This document shows positions 1 through 9,384 of a DNA stretch of 64,000 bases, in pieces. The stretch spans positions 520-64,519 of the forward strand of contig JAAYKY010000028.1 in the NCBI GenBank assembly GCA_012522185.1. The letters are read 5' to 3'. The notes below the pieces were generated by a model that searched no databases, was not told the origin of the DNA, and saw nothing but the letters and a program-made list of their open reading frames with translations. This DNA comes from Flavobacteriaceae bacterium (lineage in GTDB: Bacteria; Bacteroidota; Bacteroidia; Flavobacteriales; Weeksellaceae). The position numbers were made by a program, and so were the translations under genes. The stretch's first letter is position 1. Each line of letters begins with the position of its first letter.

Positions 1-27
1 ATTCCTCGTCCCAGTCAAACCCTAGTA

Positions 28-93
28 TATGCCATGCTTATACCATGCTAACCCCCTACTTATGCCATGGTTATGCCATAGGTATAGCATGAT
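28..93. repeat. Six head-to-tail 11-nt units (consensus TATGCCATGnT; third unit is the variant AACCCCCTACT) in non-coding DNA
   Basis: Read directly: tatgccatgct|tataccatgct|aaccccctact|tatgccatggt|tatgccatagg|tatagcatgat. AACCC-type units also at 17-27 and 100-110. No ORF >=60 aa in 1-391. Confidence 0.7.
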
Positions 94-391
94 TTGTTTA
101 ACCCTTTACATTTCATATAATAAATAATTCAGAGGGAAAATCTGTATAATAAAAGATGAATAAATATAAAAAAATCAATCAGATGATCCTATAGTTAACT
201 ATCATCAGAAAAGAATTTTAGCACTTCCAATGATAAACTCAATATGCACACAACCCTGAATTTCTGAGCAAAATATAAATCCACTCGGTTTGCCTAGTTT
301 AAACTTCAAAACTATCTATTCTAGGAAACACCTAAAAATTACGTTTAGATATACAACCCAGTACATCCTCCCCTCAATTATACTAAAAAAA

Positions 392-679
392 TCACCGAAT
401 CAACACTAGTTGCGATTCTTCAACGCCTACGAGCCAGTGATTGACAAAAGGCCGGATCTCTACATAATCTCCCGGCAATAATTCAATCTTCTGATCTTCT
501 TCCTCATAAAGGGTTTTCCCCGAAATGCACAACAACAATGCAGGAATTTTGGTAATATGCTCCTTCAAAATTCCATCTTTTTTGAGTTGAATCGCTGTCA
601 CAATCCCTTTTTCACTCGTAAAAAGCTTAGCGGCCGATACTTCTTTGTCCGACTCTTTATGCAGATCTTCTAAGTTCAT
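392..679 (-). CDS. Small cupin-domain protein
   Basis: 95-aa ORF. The beta-rich sequence with GDYVEI...H near the C-terminus resembles single-domain cupin_2 proteins (remembered family signature). Confidence 0.6.
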   Translation of the reverse strand: MNLEDLHKESDKEVSAAKLFTSEKGIVTAIQLKKDGILKEHITKIPALLLCISGKTLYEEEDQKIELLPGDYVEIRPFVNHWLVGVEESQLVLIR

Positions 680-712
680 TGAATTTATTTTTAATTTAGA
701 AAGTTACAAAAT

Positions 713-737
713 AAAAAAGGGAGCCGCTTGGGCTCCC
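713..737 (-). terminator. Rho-independent terminator downstream of serS
   Basis: GGGAGCC (719-725) pairs with GGCTCCC (731-737) around a 5-nt loop. On the minus strand it is followed by a T6 run (complement of 713-718), 8 nt after the serS stop. Confidence 0.6.
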
Positions 738-744
738 TTATCTT

Positions 745-2016
745 TTATGCGTCGATTTTATCAAATCCTGTATAAGCTCTTAATTTTTCTGGAATCAAAA
801 TGCTTCCGTCGGCCTGCTGATGGTTTTCCAAAATAGAGGCCATGATTCTTGGCAATGCCAATGCGCTCCCATTCAAAGTATGGCAAAGTTCATTTTTCCC
901 ATCTTTCTTGTAACGAAGCTTCAATCGATTGGCCTGAAAGGTTTCGAAATTGGAAACTGAACTGACTTCCAACCATTTCTCCTGAGCAGCCGAAAAAACT
1001 TCAAAATCATAGGTCATCGCCGAAGCAAATCCTGTATCACCTCCACACAATCTCAAAATTCGATAAGGCAATTCCAAATCTTCCAATAAACTTTTTACAT
1101 GATCAACCATCGCTTCCAAAGCTTCATAAGAATTTTCGGGCTTTTCAACTCTGACAATTTCAACTTTCTCAAACTGATGCAAACGATTCAGTCCGCGAAC
1201 GTCCTTTCCATAACTTCCGGCTTCACGACGGAAACATGGCGAATAAGCGGTCAATTGGACAGGCAACTGAGAAGAGTCTAAAATTTCGTCACGGAAAATA
1301 TTCGTCACAGGAACTTCGGAAGTCGGTATCAAATACAAATTATCTTCGTTTACATAATACATCTGTCCTTCTTTATCGGGCAATTGACCGGTTCCAATTC
1401 CTGAGGCTTCGTTGACTACAAAAGGCGGAATTACTTCTGTATAGCCGGCTTCGGTATTTTTATCTAAAAAATATTGGATCAAAGCTCTTTGCAACCTCGC
1501 TCCTTTTCCAAGATAAACCGGGAAGCCCGCACCCGTGATTTTCACCCCCAGCTCGAAGTCTATTAAATTGAATTTTTTGGCAAGTTCCCAATGCGGCAAT
1601 GCTTCCGGTTTCGGCGAAGCATCTCCTTTCGTAAACACGATTTCATTGTCTTCCGCACTCGCTCCGGCTACAACTTTTTCATGCGGGATATTTGGGATTT
1701 GATAAAGCATGGATTTTAGGCTTTCTTCGTATTCAGCCAAAGAATCCTGAAGCTCTTTGATTTCTGCTTTTTGTTGTGCCGTTTTTTCCTTCAATTGATT
1801 GGCTTCGTCTGCTTTTCCTTGTTGAAACAATTGACCAATTTCCTTGGACAATTTGTTCGACTCTGCTAAAAGATTGTCTAATTCAAACTGAGTTTTGCGA
1901 CGAAGTTCATCGGTATTAATGACTTCATCAACCAGTCCCAATTCTTTGAAATTCCTTTTTTTAAGTCCTTCAATGACTTTTTCTTTGTTTTCTTGAATAG
2001 CAGATACGACTAACAT
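745..2016 (-). CDS. serS: Serine--tRNA ligase
   Basis: 423 aa. N-terminal coiled-coil tRNA-binding arm and class II motifs (CFRREAGSYGKDVRGLNRLHQFEKVE; TLNGSALALPR). Confidence 0.95.
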   Translation of the reverse strand: MLVVSAIQENKEKVIEGLKKRNFKELGLVDEVINTDELRRKTQFELDNLLAESNKLSKEIGQLFQQGKADEANQLKEKTAQQKAEIKELQDSLAEYEESLKSMLYQIPNIPHEKVVAGASAEDNEIVFTKGDASPKPEALPHWELAKKFNLIDFELGVKITGAGFPVYLGKGARLQRALIQYFLDKNTEAGYTEVIPPFVVNEASGIGTGQLPDKEGQMYYVNEDNLYLIPTSEVPVTNIFRDEILDSSQLPVQLTAYSPCFRREAGSYGKDVRGLNRLHQFEKVEIVRVEKPENSYEALEAMVDHVKSLLEDLELPYRILRLCGGDTGFASAMTYDFEVFSAAQEKWLEVSSVSNFETFQANRLKLRYKKDGKNELCHTLNGSALALPRIMASILENHQQADGSILIPEKLRAYTGFDKIDA

Positions 2017-2129
2017 TTTTTAAGTTTTTAGCAAAGTTAATCTTTAGTTAAAAGTAAAAAAGACAAACTCATTAAATTTTAATAATTTTGAATGAATCTG
2101 ATGTAAATTCGTAAATCTAAAACCTTAAT

Positions 2130-4907
2130 TTGAAGACATTTTATACTTTTCTTCTCTGTTTCACATTTTCTTGTCTCCATGCACAACTGGAATCGGCCAA
2201 TTGGTATTTTGGCGTCAAAGCAGGTTTGGATTTTTCTTCGGGAACGCCTGAAGTTGTTTATGACGGAGCAATGAGCACCGGAGAAGGCTGTGCTTCCATT
2301 TCAGATCCGGATGGAAATCTACTCTTCTACACCGACGGAACCAAAGTCTATAATCGTGAGCATATCACTATGCCCAATGGCAACTTTTTACTGGGAAATT
2401 CATCGAGTACCCAATCTGCCATTGTGATTCCATATCCAAATGATTTAAACAAATATTATATTTTTACAGTGGGAGCCGATGATATGGCGCTTCCCAACAA
2501 TACAAACAACACCGGTTTCAATTATTACATCGTGGATATGTCTTTAAACGATGGACTTGGCGACGTACTTCCATACAATGCTCCTCAAAACAAACTCATG
2601 GAACTAACTTCTGAGAAAGTGACAGCTGTGGCACACGCAAACGGTCAAGACTTTTGGGTCTTGACTCATTTCGAGGATAAATTTCATGCGTATTTGGTAA
2701 CCGAAGAAGGTGTCAACACAACGCCAGTCATCAGTCAAATCGGACCCTACATCGATCCGGATGTTTATCCGGTGAATGCCCGAGGCTACCTGAAACTTTC
2801 ACCCAACGGCAAGAAAGTGGGCATCGCACATTTAACCAATTTGTTGCTTGAAGACATTCCGGAAGAAGTTATAAACTATGAACCCTATTATACGAACATG
2901 AACTTTGCCAATACCTACAATGGTTACACGGCGGTCTATGATTTCGATGATGAAACCGGAATGGTTTCAAATGAAATTACACTCTCCGAAGTAGGAAGCC
3001 CTTATGGTCTTGAATTCTCTTCTGAGTCCAATTATTTGTATTTTGCCTATGACTACCATGAACCTTATGATGAAAATCCTTCGCCTGCCTGGCTCAAAGC
3101 TGAATTGATTCAATACGATTTGAACGCAAGCGATATTGCCAACTCCGCGATTGTCATTTTTGATGAATACACGCCCACATATCAAACCTTTACCGCAAGA
3201 GGTGCTTTGCAATTGGCTTTGGATCAGAAAATTTATTATTCGCCAACTTTATACAGTGGATCCGTTTACTTCGGGCATTCGCTATTCATCATCCATTCGC
3301 CGAACTCGGCAGGAACAGCGGCTAATTTTGAATACGAAGCGCTGAAAATAAACTCAGACGAAAACCCCAATCATTACCTCTCTTTTGGATTGCCTCCCTT
3401 TCTAACTTCGTTTTTCAGAGCCGGAATCGAATTCAACGGCGAAATTCTCAATTCAGGAACTTGCTTGGGCAATGCAATCAATTTTTCTGTGAATTCCAAT
3501 CAAGAAATTTTGAGTATAAATTGGAACTTTGGTGATGGAAATACTTCCACCGAATTAAATCCCACCCATACCTATGCCCTGCCAGGAACCTATACGGTAG
3601 AGGCAATTGTCATAACCACTCATGAAACCCTTACTCTGACCAGAGATGTCAGCATTCATCCTTATCCCGACGCTGTTAACGCTCATTTGACGCAATGTGA
3701 TTTTAATGGAGATGGACTAGCATTTTTTGACCTTAGCTTAGCGGATGAACTCGTTACAACTGAAACCGGAAATACCATTAGTTATCATTTAACAATGGAA
3801 GATGCAATGAATGGTGAGAATGAATTGACAAGTCCTTATTTCAATCTTTCCAATCCGCAAACTCTCTATGTACGCGTTCGCAGTCCACATTCTTGTGTGT
3901 CTTATTCGGAACTTACACTAAGCACTTATGAGGTGGAAATCCAGACGGTTTCCGACATCGCTCAATGTGATTTAGAAAACGATGGTTTTGAATTTTTCAA
4001 TCTGGAGGATAAAAATTCAGAAATCGAAGCACTTTACACCGAAACAGTTCAGATTTTAAGTTTTCATGAAAGCGATTGGGATGCGGAAATGAATTTAAAT
4101 CCTTTGAATTTGCCTTATCAAAACTCCTCAAATCCTCAAACGATTTACGTTCGGGTTCAAACTTCGGGATGTGTTGAAATTGTTTCTTTTCAATTGATTT
4201 TATACGAATTGCCATTTATTAATTTATCCAATCATGAAATTTGCCCTGATTCCGTTCAACCTATGGACGCCGGTTCTGGATTCAGCTCCTACCAATGGCA
4301 TGGACTTCAAGGAAGCGATTTAAATCAACCCCTCGATCAACAAACAGTTGTAATTTCCAATCCGGGCGAATATTCCGTGACGGTCACCAACGAAGAGAAT
4401 TGTGAATTTCAAGATTTCTTCTCCATTTCCGTAAGCGAAATACCTAGTATCAGTGAAATTGTGATTTCAGGTGATGGATCGGCTACGATTCACGCCAGTG
4501 GAACACCTGAGTTTGAATACAGTCTCGATGGTATTTTTTGGCAATCTTCCAATGTATTTCATGGCCTCACTCCGGGCGATTATTCTGTGTATGTTCGTGA
4601 TGGAAACGGATGTATTTCACTCAAAGAAAACATTGGTGTACTTGAAATTCCTAATTTCATTTCGCCTAATAAGGATGGTAAAAATGACAGTTGGGTCATC
4701 AAAGGAATTAGTCATTACCCCGATGTACATATTCGGATTTTTGACCGATACGGAAAGCTTTTTGTCGATCGACTCAACCATAAAAACTCAGAAGTCTGGG
4801 ATGGCACTTATCTGGGGAGAGTCGTCAATTCCGGTTCCTATTGGTACATCATTCAATTGAGTGATGGCCGAAAATATGTAGGAGCCCTCGCTGTGAAAAA
4901 CTATTGA
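2130..4907 (+). CDS. T9SS type B sorting-domain (gliding-motility-associated C-terminal domain) surface protein with PKD domain
   Basis: TTG start followed by a signal peptide. PKD-like NWNFGDGNTSTELNPTHTYALPGTYTV. C-terminal FISPNKDGKNDSWVI...FDRYGKLF...WDG...YWY motif is typical of type B CTDs. Confidence 0.85.
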   Translation: MKTFYTFLLCFTFSCLHAQLESANWYFGVKAGLDFSSGTPEVVYDGAMSTGEGCASISDPDGNLLFYTDGTKVYNREHITMPNGNFLLGNSSSTQSAIVIPYPNDLNKYYIFTVGADDMALPNNTNNTGFNYYIVDMSLNDGLGDVLPYNAPQNKLMELTSEKVTAVAHANGQDFWVLTHFEDKFHAYLVTEEGVNTTPVISQIGPYIDPDVYPVNARGYLKLSPNGKKVGIAHLTNLLLEDIPEEVINYEPYYTNMNFANTYNGYTAVYDFDDETGMVSNEITLSEVGSPYGLEFSSESNYLYFAYDYHEPYDENPSPAWLKAELIQYDLNASDIANSAIVIFDEYTPTYQTFTARGALQLALDQKIYYSPTLYSGSVYFGHSLFIIHSPNSAGTAANFEYEALKINSDENPNHYLSFGLPPFLTSFFRAGIEFNGEILNSGTCLGNAINFSVNSNQEILSINWNFGDGNTSTELNPTHTYALPGTYTVEAIVITTHETLTLTRDVSIHPYPDAVNAHLTQCDFNGDGLAFFDLSLADELVTTETGNTISYHLTMEDAMNGENELTSPYFNLSNPQTLYVRVRSPHSCVSYSELTLSTYEVEIQTVSDIAQCDLENDGFEFFNLEDKNSEIEALYTETVQILSFHESDWDAEMNLNPLNLPYQNSSNPQTIYVRVQTSGCVEIVSFQLILYELPFINLSNHEICPDSVQPMDAGSGFSSYQWHGLQGSDLNQPLDQQTVVISNPGEYSVTVTNEENCEFQDFFSISVSEIPSISEIVISGDGSATIHASGTPEFEYSLDGIFWQSSNVFHGLTPGDYSVYVRDGNGCISLKENIGVLEIPNFISPNKDGKNDSWVIKGISHYPDVHIRIFDRYGKLFVDRLNHKNSEVWDGTYLGRVVNSGSYWYIIQLSDGRKYVGALAVKNY

Positions 4908-4933
4908 TTCCGCTAAGAGCTCCTTTTTTAATT

Positions 4934-5644
4934 TTATTTTAAATCCGGACGTGTCGGTCGAACTTCGATTTTACTCGGCAAAGTTCTCGGATTCATTTTT
5001 AATAAGTCCAACACCAATTCTCCGATGTCCTCCGGTTGAATTTTCCAAGCATCTTTGTCGCTCGGAACATGGTTATTGAAATTCGTCGCCACCGAACCCG
5101 GCATGATGGTCGAAACTTTGATATTGTACTTGCGCAAATCCAACATGGCAGCCTGAGTAAATCCAACCACTCCAAATTTGGAAGCATTGTAACCTGCGCC
5201 GTTTTCGAAGAAATTCGTACCTGCCAAACTCGCCAGAGTAATGTAATAGCCTTCTGATTTTTTCAATTCTTCCACCGAAGCTTTCAAAGTATGAAAAGCT
5301 CCCGTGAGATTGGTATCAATCATTTGGTTCCATTCGTCCAACGTCATTTCGTCCACCGAAGCGAAATTTCCTAAACCGGCATTTGCCAGTACAACATCGA
5401 TTTGACCAAATGCCTCTAAAATCTGTTCCACTGCGGATTGTTCGTCCACAAAATTCCGCACATCGGACTGAATCCCGATGATTCGGGATGTATCCCCCAA
5501 AGTTTTAGCTGCTTTTTCAGCGTTTTCCAAAACACGACCGCTGATCGCAACACGCATTCCGGCATCCAATAAAACTTTTGCCGTTCCCAATCCGATTCCT
5601 TTGCTCCCGCCCGTGATATAGGCGACTTTATTTTTTAAGTTCAT
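4934..5644 (-). CDS. SDR family oxidoreductase
   Basis: TGGSKGIG dinucleotide-binding motif and YNASK catalytic motif; 236 aa. Confidence 0.9.
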   Translation of the reverse strand: MNLKNKVAYITGGSKGIGLGTAKVLLDAGMRVAISGRVLENAEKAAKTLGDTSRIIGIQSDVRNFVDEQSAVEQILEAFGQIDVVLANAGLGNFASVDEMTLDEWNQMIDTNLTGAFHTLKASVEELKKSEGYYITLASLAGTNFFENGAGYNASKFGVVGFTQAAMLDLRKYNIKVSTIMPGSVATNFNNHVPSDKDAWKIQPEDIGELVLDLLKMNPRTLPSKIEVRPTRPDLK

Positions 5645-6134
5645 AAATATTTTTTTTTAAAATCGTTTTCCAAACATTCAAATAGTTTTCATTTCTATAA
5701 TTGATTCGCATTACATTTAAAGAATCATGCTGAAAACAAATATACGTTTCTAAAAATTCTTTGGGATGTAGGACAAAATTTTCGGGAGGCGGATAATTTC
5801 CAGAAAAATTATATTTATCTAATTTAATAATAGATTTGGGAACACTCTCATTTACAAACACTTTAAATCCTTTGTAGTTGAATTTACCATATTTATCCTC
5901 AGAAGGATAATATTGAGAATTATCAAAACTCATACACCAATCTTCATTGGAGATTTTAGAATACACAGAAATAAAAATCTTGTCACCATCCCGATAAGAG
6001 CTAACTTCAGCTTCCTCAACATACTCAAAAAATAGATTTTTTACATTTTCATTGACAAAAATTTGGTCTAAATCATTATGACATGAGATGATAAGAATAC
6101 AAAGAAAAACTATTGATAAGAATTTGTTTGCCAT
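5628..6134 (-). CDS. Hypothetical lipoprotein
   Basis: Signal peptide ending in a lipobox-like LIISC. No recognisable domain. 17-nt overlap with the downstream SDR gene. Confidence 0.55.
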   Translation of the reverse strand: MANKFLSIVFLCILIISCHNDLDQIFVNENVKNLFFEYVEEAEVSSYRDGDKIFISVYSKISNEDWCMSFDNSQYYPSEDKYGKFNYKGFKVFVNESVPKSIIKLDKYNFSGNYPPPENFVLHPKEFLETYICFQHDSLNVMRINYRNENYLNVWKTILKKNIYELKK

Positions 6135-6200
6135 AATCTTAAGCTTAAAAGGTTATTAATAATTAATCATCCACTAATAAACCAATCAATATTCTCTCAT

Positions 6201-6252
6201 TCAATCACTCCTCCACTCAACCACTCAATCACTCCTCCACTCAATCACTCCT
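6201..6252. repeat. Tandem 16-nt repeat TCAATCACTCCTCCAC (2 full copies plus 1 partial, with an 8-nt spacer TCAACCAC)
   Basis: Copies at 6201-6216, 6225-6240 and 6241-6252. The last copy overlaps the stop codon of the antiporter gene. Confidence 0.8.
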
Positions 6253-8407
6253 TCTCCCTGTCCTTCTTAAAGATGCTTCCGATTCCTTTTCCGATTTGCT
6301 CAATGGCTTCAATTCCTTTGTTAATCGGATCAGGCGAGAAGTTTTCGTAATCGTCAATGGAAATTCCGCTTACATTTTCCTGCGGATACACCACAATCAG
6401 ATTGTTTTGACTCAGATACCTTTCAAATTTGTCGGGGATTCTTTCCAGATGTGGAGCATAAGAGATAGATCCTCTTCTTGAAGCAATAAACACAAGCAAA
6501 TCACTTGGCGAAATATCTTTGGTAATAACCAGAAAATCTTCCCAATAATTAAATGGCTTGAAGGTGAGTTTTCCATTGAGTTTAAATGCTTTCATGATTT
6601 GTTGAACTGCTTCATAGGTTCTTTCTTCCGAGTACAATACTACCGGAATACTGTATTCCTGAGAGATTCGGAAGGTTTTCTGAACAATGGTCGTAAACCC
6701 ACTTTCTTTTTCCGTGAAAGGCGGACAGATGAAAACCAGTTTTTTCTTCTCAATCAAAGGACGAACAAAACGACAAAGCGCCAATCCTTTATCAACATTA
6801 TTTATAATCGAATCGATTTTTTCTCCAAATAACTTATCAATGAATCCGGTTTTTTGAGGCCAACCAATAATTACAAAATCTGCCATCACTTCCTTTGCTG
6901 CACGTGCAATCCCACTGGCAGGATTATGATCGATTGTCGTAATTGTATTCACGGTTGACTCGGTTGCAGAGCCTTGATGTATGAATTTCTCGAGCTCTTT
7001 TCTATATTTTAAAATATTGAGTTCCGCTTCGTTGTTATTGGGCACGACTGACAATAAAGTAATCGGATTCGTTGAGTTTTTATCTTTGATTATCAAGGCA
7101 AAATCTAGAAGGCTTTCAACAATCGCCAAATTGGCCACCGGAATTAAAATCTGTTCATTATAATGGGATTGATTTTTTAATTCTTCCACTGAGACTTCAT
7201 CTTCTTCACTCAGCGCAATCTTTTTCGCTGCTTTTTCAGCCGCAAAAGAAGCGACTACACAAGTAATTAGAATCAAAATAATCGTTCCGTTTAGAATATT
7301 ATCATCGAGAATATTCGCATTATACCCCACCAATATCACCGCCAGCGTAGCCGCAGCGTGAGCTCCACTCAATCCAAAAATCAATTGTCTTTGTGCTCCC
7401 GAATATTTAAAAATTTTCTGGGTGAAGAAAGCTGCCAACCATTTTCCAAAAATAGCTACCACACTCAGTGTAAGCGCAATGATAATCGCCATCGGACCAC
7501 TTAAAATCACACTCACATCGACAAGCATTCCCACTGAAATTAAAAAGAAAGGAATGAACAATGAATTTCCAATGAATTCAATCCGATTCATTAAAGCCGA
7601 GGAATGAGGAATCAATGGATTCAAAGCCAATCCTGCAACGAAAGCACCAATAATTGGCTCAATCCCTGCTACTTCCGCTAAAAATGCCGCAAAGAAAACC
7701 ACCGCCAACACAAAAATATAGTGCATATGTTTCTCGCTTTCAAGCTTTCGGAAAAACCATTTGGCAATCCGAGGCATGACCAGAAACATGATGGCAGAAA
7801 AAATCGTAAGTGAAATAATCAAACGAAGCCAAAAAGACTGATCCAGACTGCCTTGACTGTTTCCTATGATTACTGCCAAAATAATCAACACCGCTGTGTC
7901 GGTCAGAATCGTCCCTCCAACTGTAATCGCCACTGCTTGATTTTTGGCAACGCCCAGTTTACTCACAATCGGATAAGCTACCAGCGTATGGGTCGCAAAC
8001 ATACTCGCCGTCAGAAAACTAGCATTAAAATCATACCCTAAAAGATAATAACAGACTGGAAACCCAACCATTATAGGGATTATAAATGTCAGAAAACCAA
8101 AAACTAAACTTTTATTTTTATGAGTTTTGAATTCATTCAAATCCAATTCGAGACCAGCTATAAACATGATATAAAGCAAGCCAATGGTCGAAAATAATTT
8201 GATGGCAAAATTATTTTCCAATAGATTGAACCCATAAGGCCCAATGATTACTCCCGAAATAATAAGACCGATAATCCCCGGAATATTTAACCTTTTCAGG
8301 AGAATGGGTGCCATCAAGATAATTAACAAGATCAGCGAAAATACCAGAACAGGGTTCTGCAAAGGCAACTCAAACTCTCCTGCTAAATGGTTAAAAAACT
8401 CATTCAT
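6245..8407 (-). CDS. Cation:proton antiporter (CPA-type Na+/H+ exchanger) with long C-terminal cytoplasmic domain
   Basis: 720 aa. About 400 aa of repeated hydrophobic helices typical of the Na_H_exchanger fold, followed by about 300 aa of soluble alpha/beta sequence. Confidence 0.85.
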   Translation of the reverse strand: MNEFFNHLAGEFELPLQNPVLVFSLILLIILMAPILLKRLNIPGIIGLIISGVIIGPYGFNLLENNFAIKLFSTIGLLYIMFIAGLELDLNEFKTHKNKSLVFGFLTFIIPIMVGFPVCYYLLGYDFNASFLTASMFATHTLVAYPIVSKLGVAKNQAVAITVGGTILTDTAVLIILAVIIGNSQGSLDQSFWLRLIISLTIFSAIMFLVMPRIAKWFFRKLESEKHMHYIFVLAVVFFAAFLAEVAGIEPIIGAFVAGLALNPLIPHSSALMNRIEFIGNSLFIPFFLISVGMLVDVSVILSGPMAIIIALTLSVVAIFGKWLAAFFTQKIFKYSGAQRQLIFGLSGAHAAATLAVILVGYNANILDDNILNGTIILILITCVVASFAAEKAAKKIALSEEDEVSVEELKNQSHYNEQILIPVANLAIVESLLDFALIIKDKNSTNPITLLSVVPNNNEAELNILKYRKELEKFIHQGSATESTVNTITTIDHNPASGIARAAKEVMADFVIIGWPQKTGFIDKLFGEKIDSIINNVDKGLALCRFVRPLIEKKKLVFICPPFTEKESGFTTIVQKTFRISQEYSIPVVLYSEERTYEAVQQIMKAFKLNGKLTFKPFNYWEDFLVITKDISPSDLLVFIASRRGSISYAPHLERIPDKFERYLSQNNLIVVYPQENVSGISIDDYENFSPDPINKGIEAIEQIGKGIGSIFKKDREKE

Positions 8408-8502
8408 ACGCTCTTATATCGGTTCAACAAGATTCAAATTCAATAAACACCTACTGAATTTTGAAATTTCTTAATTGCAATGATAATAAAATCCTTTTAA
8501 AA

Positions 8503-9282
8503 TCAATTGCGGTGACTAAAATCAGCTTTTCTTTTTTCGAGAAATGCAGCAACGCCTTCTTTGAAATCAGCCGTCTCAAATAATTCTCCGAAACTCTTGA
8601 TTTCCAAATCAAATCCAGAATCCGAATCACTCGCATTCAAGGTTTGAATTGCTTTGGCAATTGCTGTAGAGGAATTGGAAGCAATTTTTGTGGCGATTGT
8701 TTGGGCTCTTTCAAGCAATTCAGCTTGGGAAACCACTTCGTTGACCAATCCGATTTCATAAGCACGCTGAGCTGAAATCATTTCTGCCGTGAAAATCATC
8801 TGAGCTGCACGTCCTTTTCCGACCAGTTTTGGCAAACGCTGAGTTCCTCCATAACCCGGTATCAATCCCAAGGTTACTTCAGGTAATCCCAAACGCGCAT
8901 TGTCAGAAGCAATTCGGAAATGGCAAGACATGGCAAGCTCCAATCCTCCGCCCAATGCAAATCCATTTACGGCCGCAATAACGGGTTTGGATAAATTTTC
9001 GATTTTATCAAACACACGCTTTTGCCCTTCTCTGGACAATAATTCACCTTCTCGTCCATCAAAATCACTGAACTCCTTGATGTCAGCTCCTGCTACAAAT
9101 GATTTTTCACCCGAACCTGTCAGTATGATGACACGGATTTCGGGATTGCTTTCTGCGGCCTCCAAAAACAAGCTTAGTTCGTTCAATAATTCTTTGTTCA
9201 ACGCATTCAAAGCCTCCGGGCGATTCAATGTAACGACAGAAATATTGTTTTCAGTTTTAACAAGTAAATGATTATAATCCAT
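8503..9282 (-). CDS. Enoyl-CoA hydratase (crotonase family)
   Basis: 259 aa. Crotonase signature VIAAVNGFALGGGLELAMSC and PEVTLGLIPGYGGTQRL. Confidence 0.9.
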   Translation of the reverse strand: MDYNHLLVKTENNISVVTLNRPEALNALNKELLNELSLFLEAAESNPEIRVIILTGSGEKSFVAGADIKEFSDFDGREGELLSREGQKRVFDKIENLSKPVIAAVNGFALGGGLELAMSCHFRIASDNARLGLPEVTLGLIPGYGGTQRLPKLVGKGRAAQMIFTAEMISAQRAYEIGLVNEVVSQAELLERAQTIATKIASNSSTAIAKAIQTLNASDSDSGFDLEIKSFGELFETADFKEGVAAFLEKRKADFSHRN

Positions 9283-9358
9283 GAATTCTAATTTTTGCTT
9301 AAAAATAAGGAATTCAGAAAAGCCGAAAAAATTTTGGCAGATTCATTTAATTAAATTT

Positions 9359-9375
9359 ACTTTGCAACTCAAAGT
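9359..9375 (+). promoter_or_regulatory. Palindrome ACTTTG-N5-CAAAGT (copy 1), candidate operator overlapping a -7-like box
   Basis: actttg caact caaagt, 9 nt upstream of the ATG at 9385. Identical half-sites and spacing at 10708 and 11582. Confidence 0.5.
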
Positions 9376-9384
9376 TCTTTTAAA

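Noticed and set aside
1-17. Possible 3' end of a tRNA (T-loop end att, T-stem CCTCG, acceptor strand TCCCAGT, discriminator c).
   Set aside because: Only 17 nt are visible. The implied 5' acceptor strand would start with A, which is unusual, and there is no CCA. It cannot be supported without the upstream sequence, so it is mentioned only as context for the repeat array.
4471-4860. 129-aa same-strand alternative-frame ORF within the T9SS type B protein gene.
   Set aside because: The main frame encodes the conserved type B sorting domain over exactly this stretch. The alternative frame has no features.
6201-6252. Considered whether the 16-nt tandem repeat could be a degenerate CRISPR array or minisatellite-type mobile element end.
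   Set aside because: The units are contiguous with no unique spacers, are far shorter than CRISPR repeats, and no cas or transposase genes are nearby.
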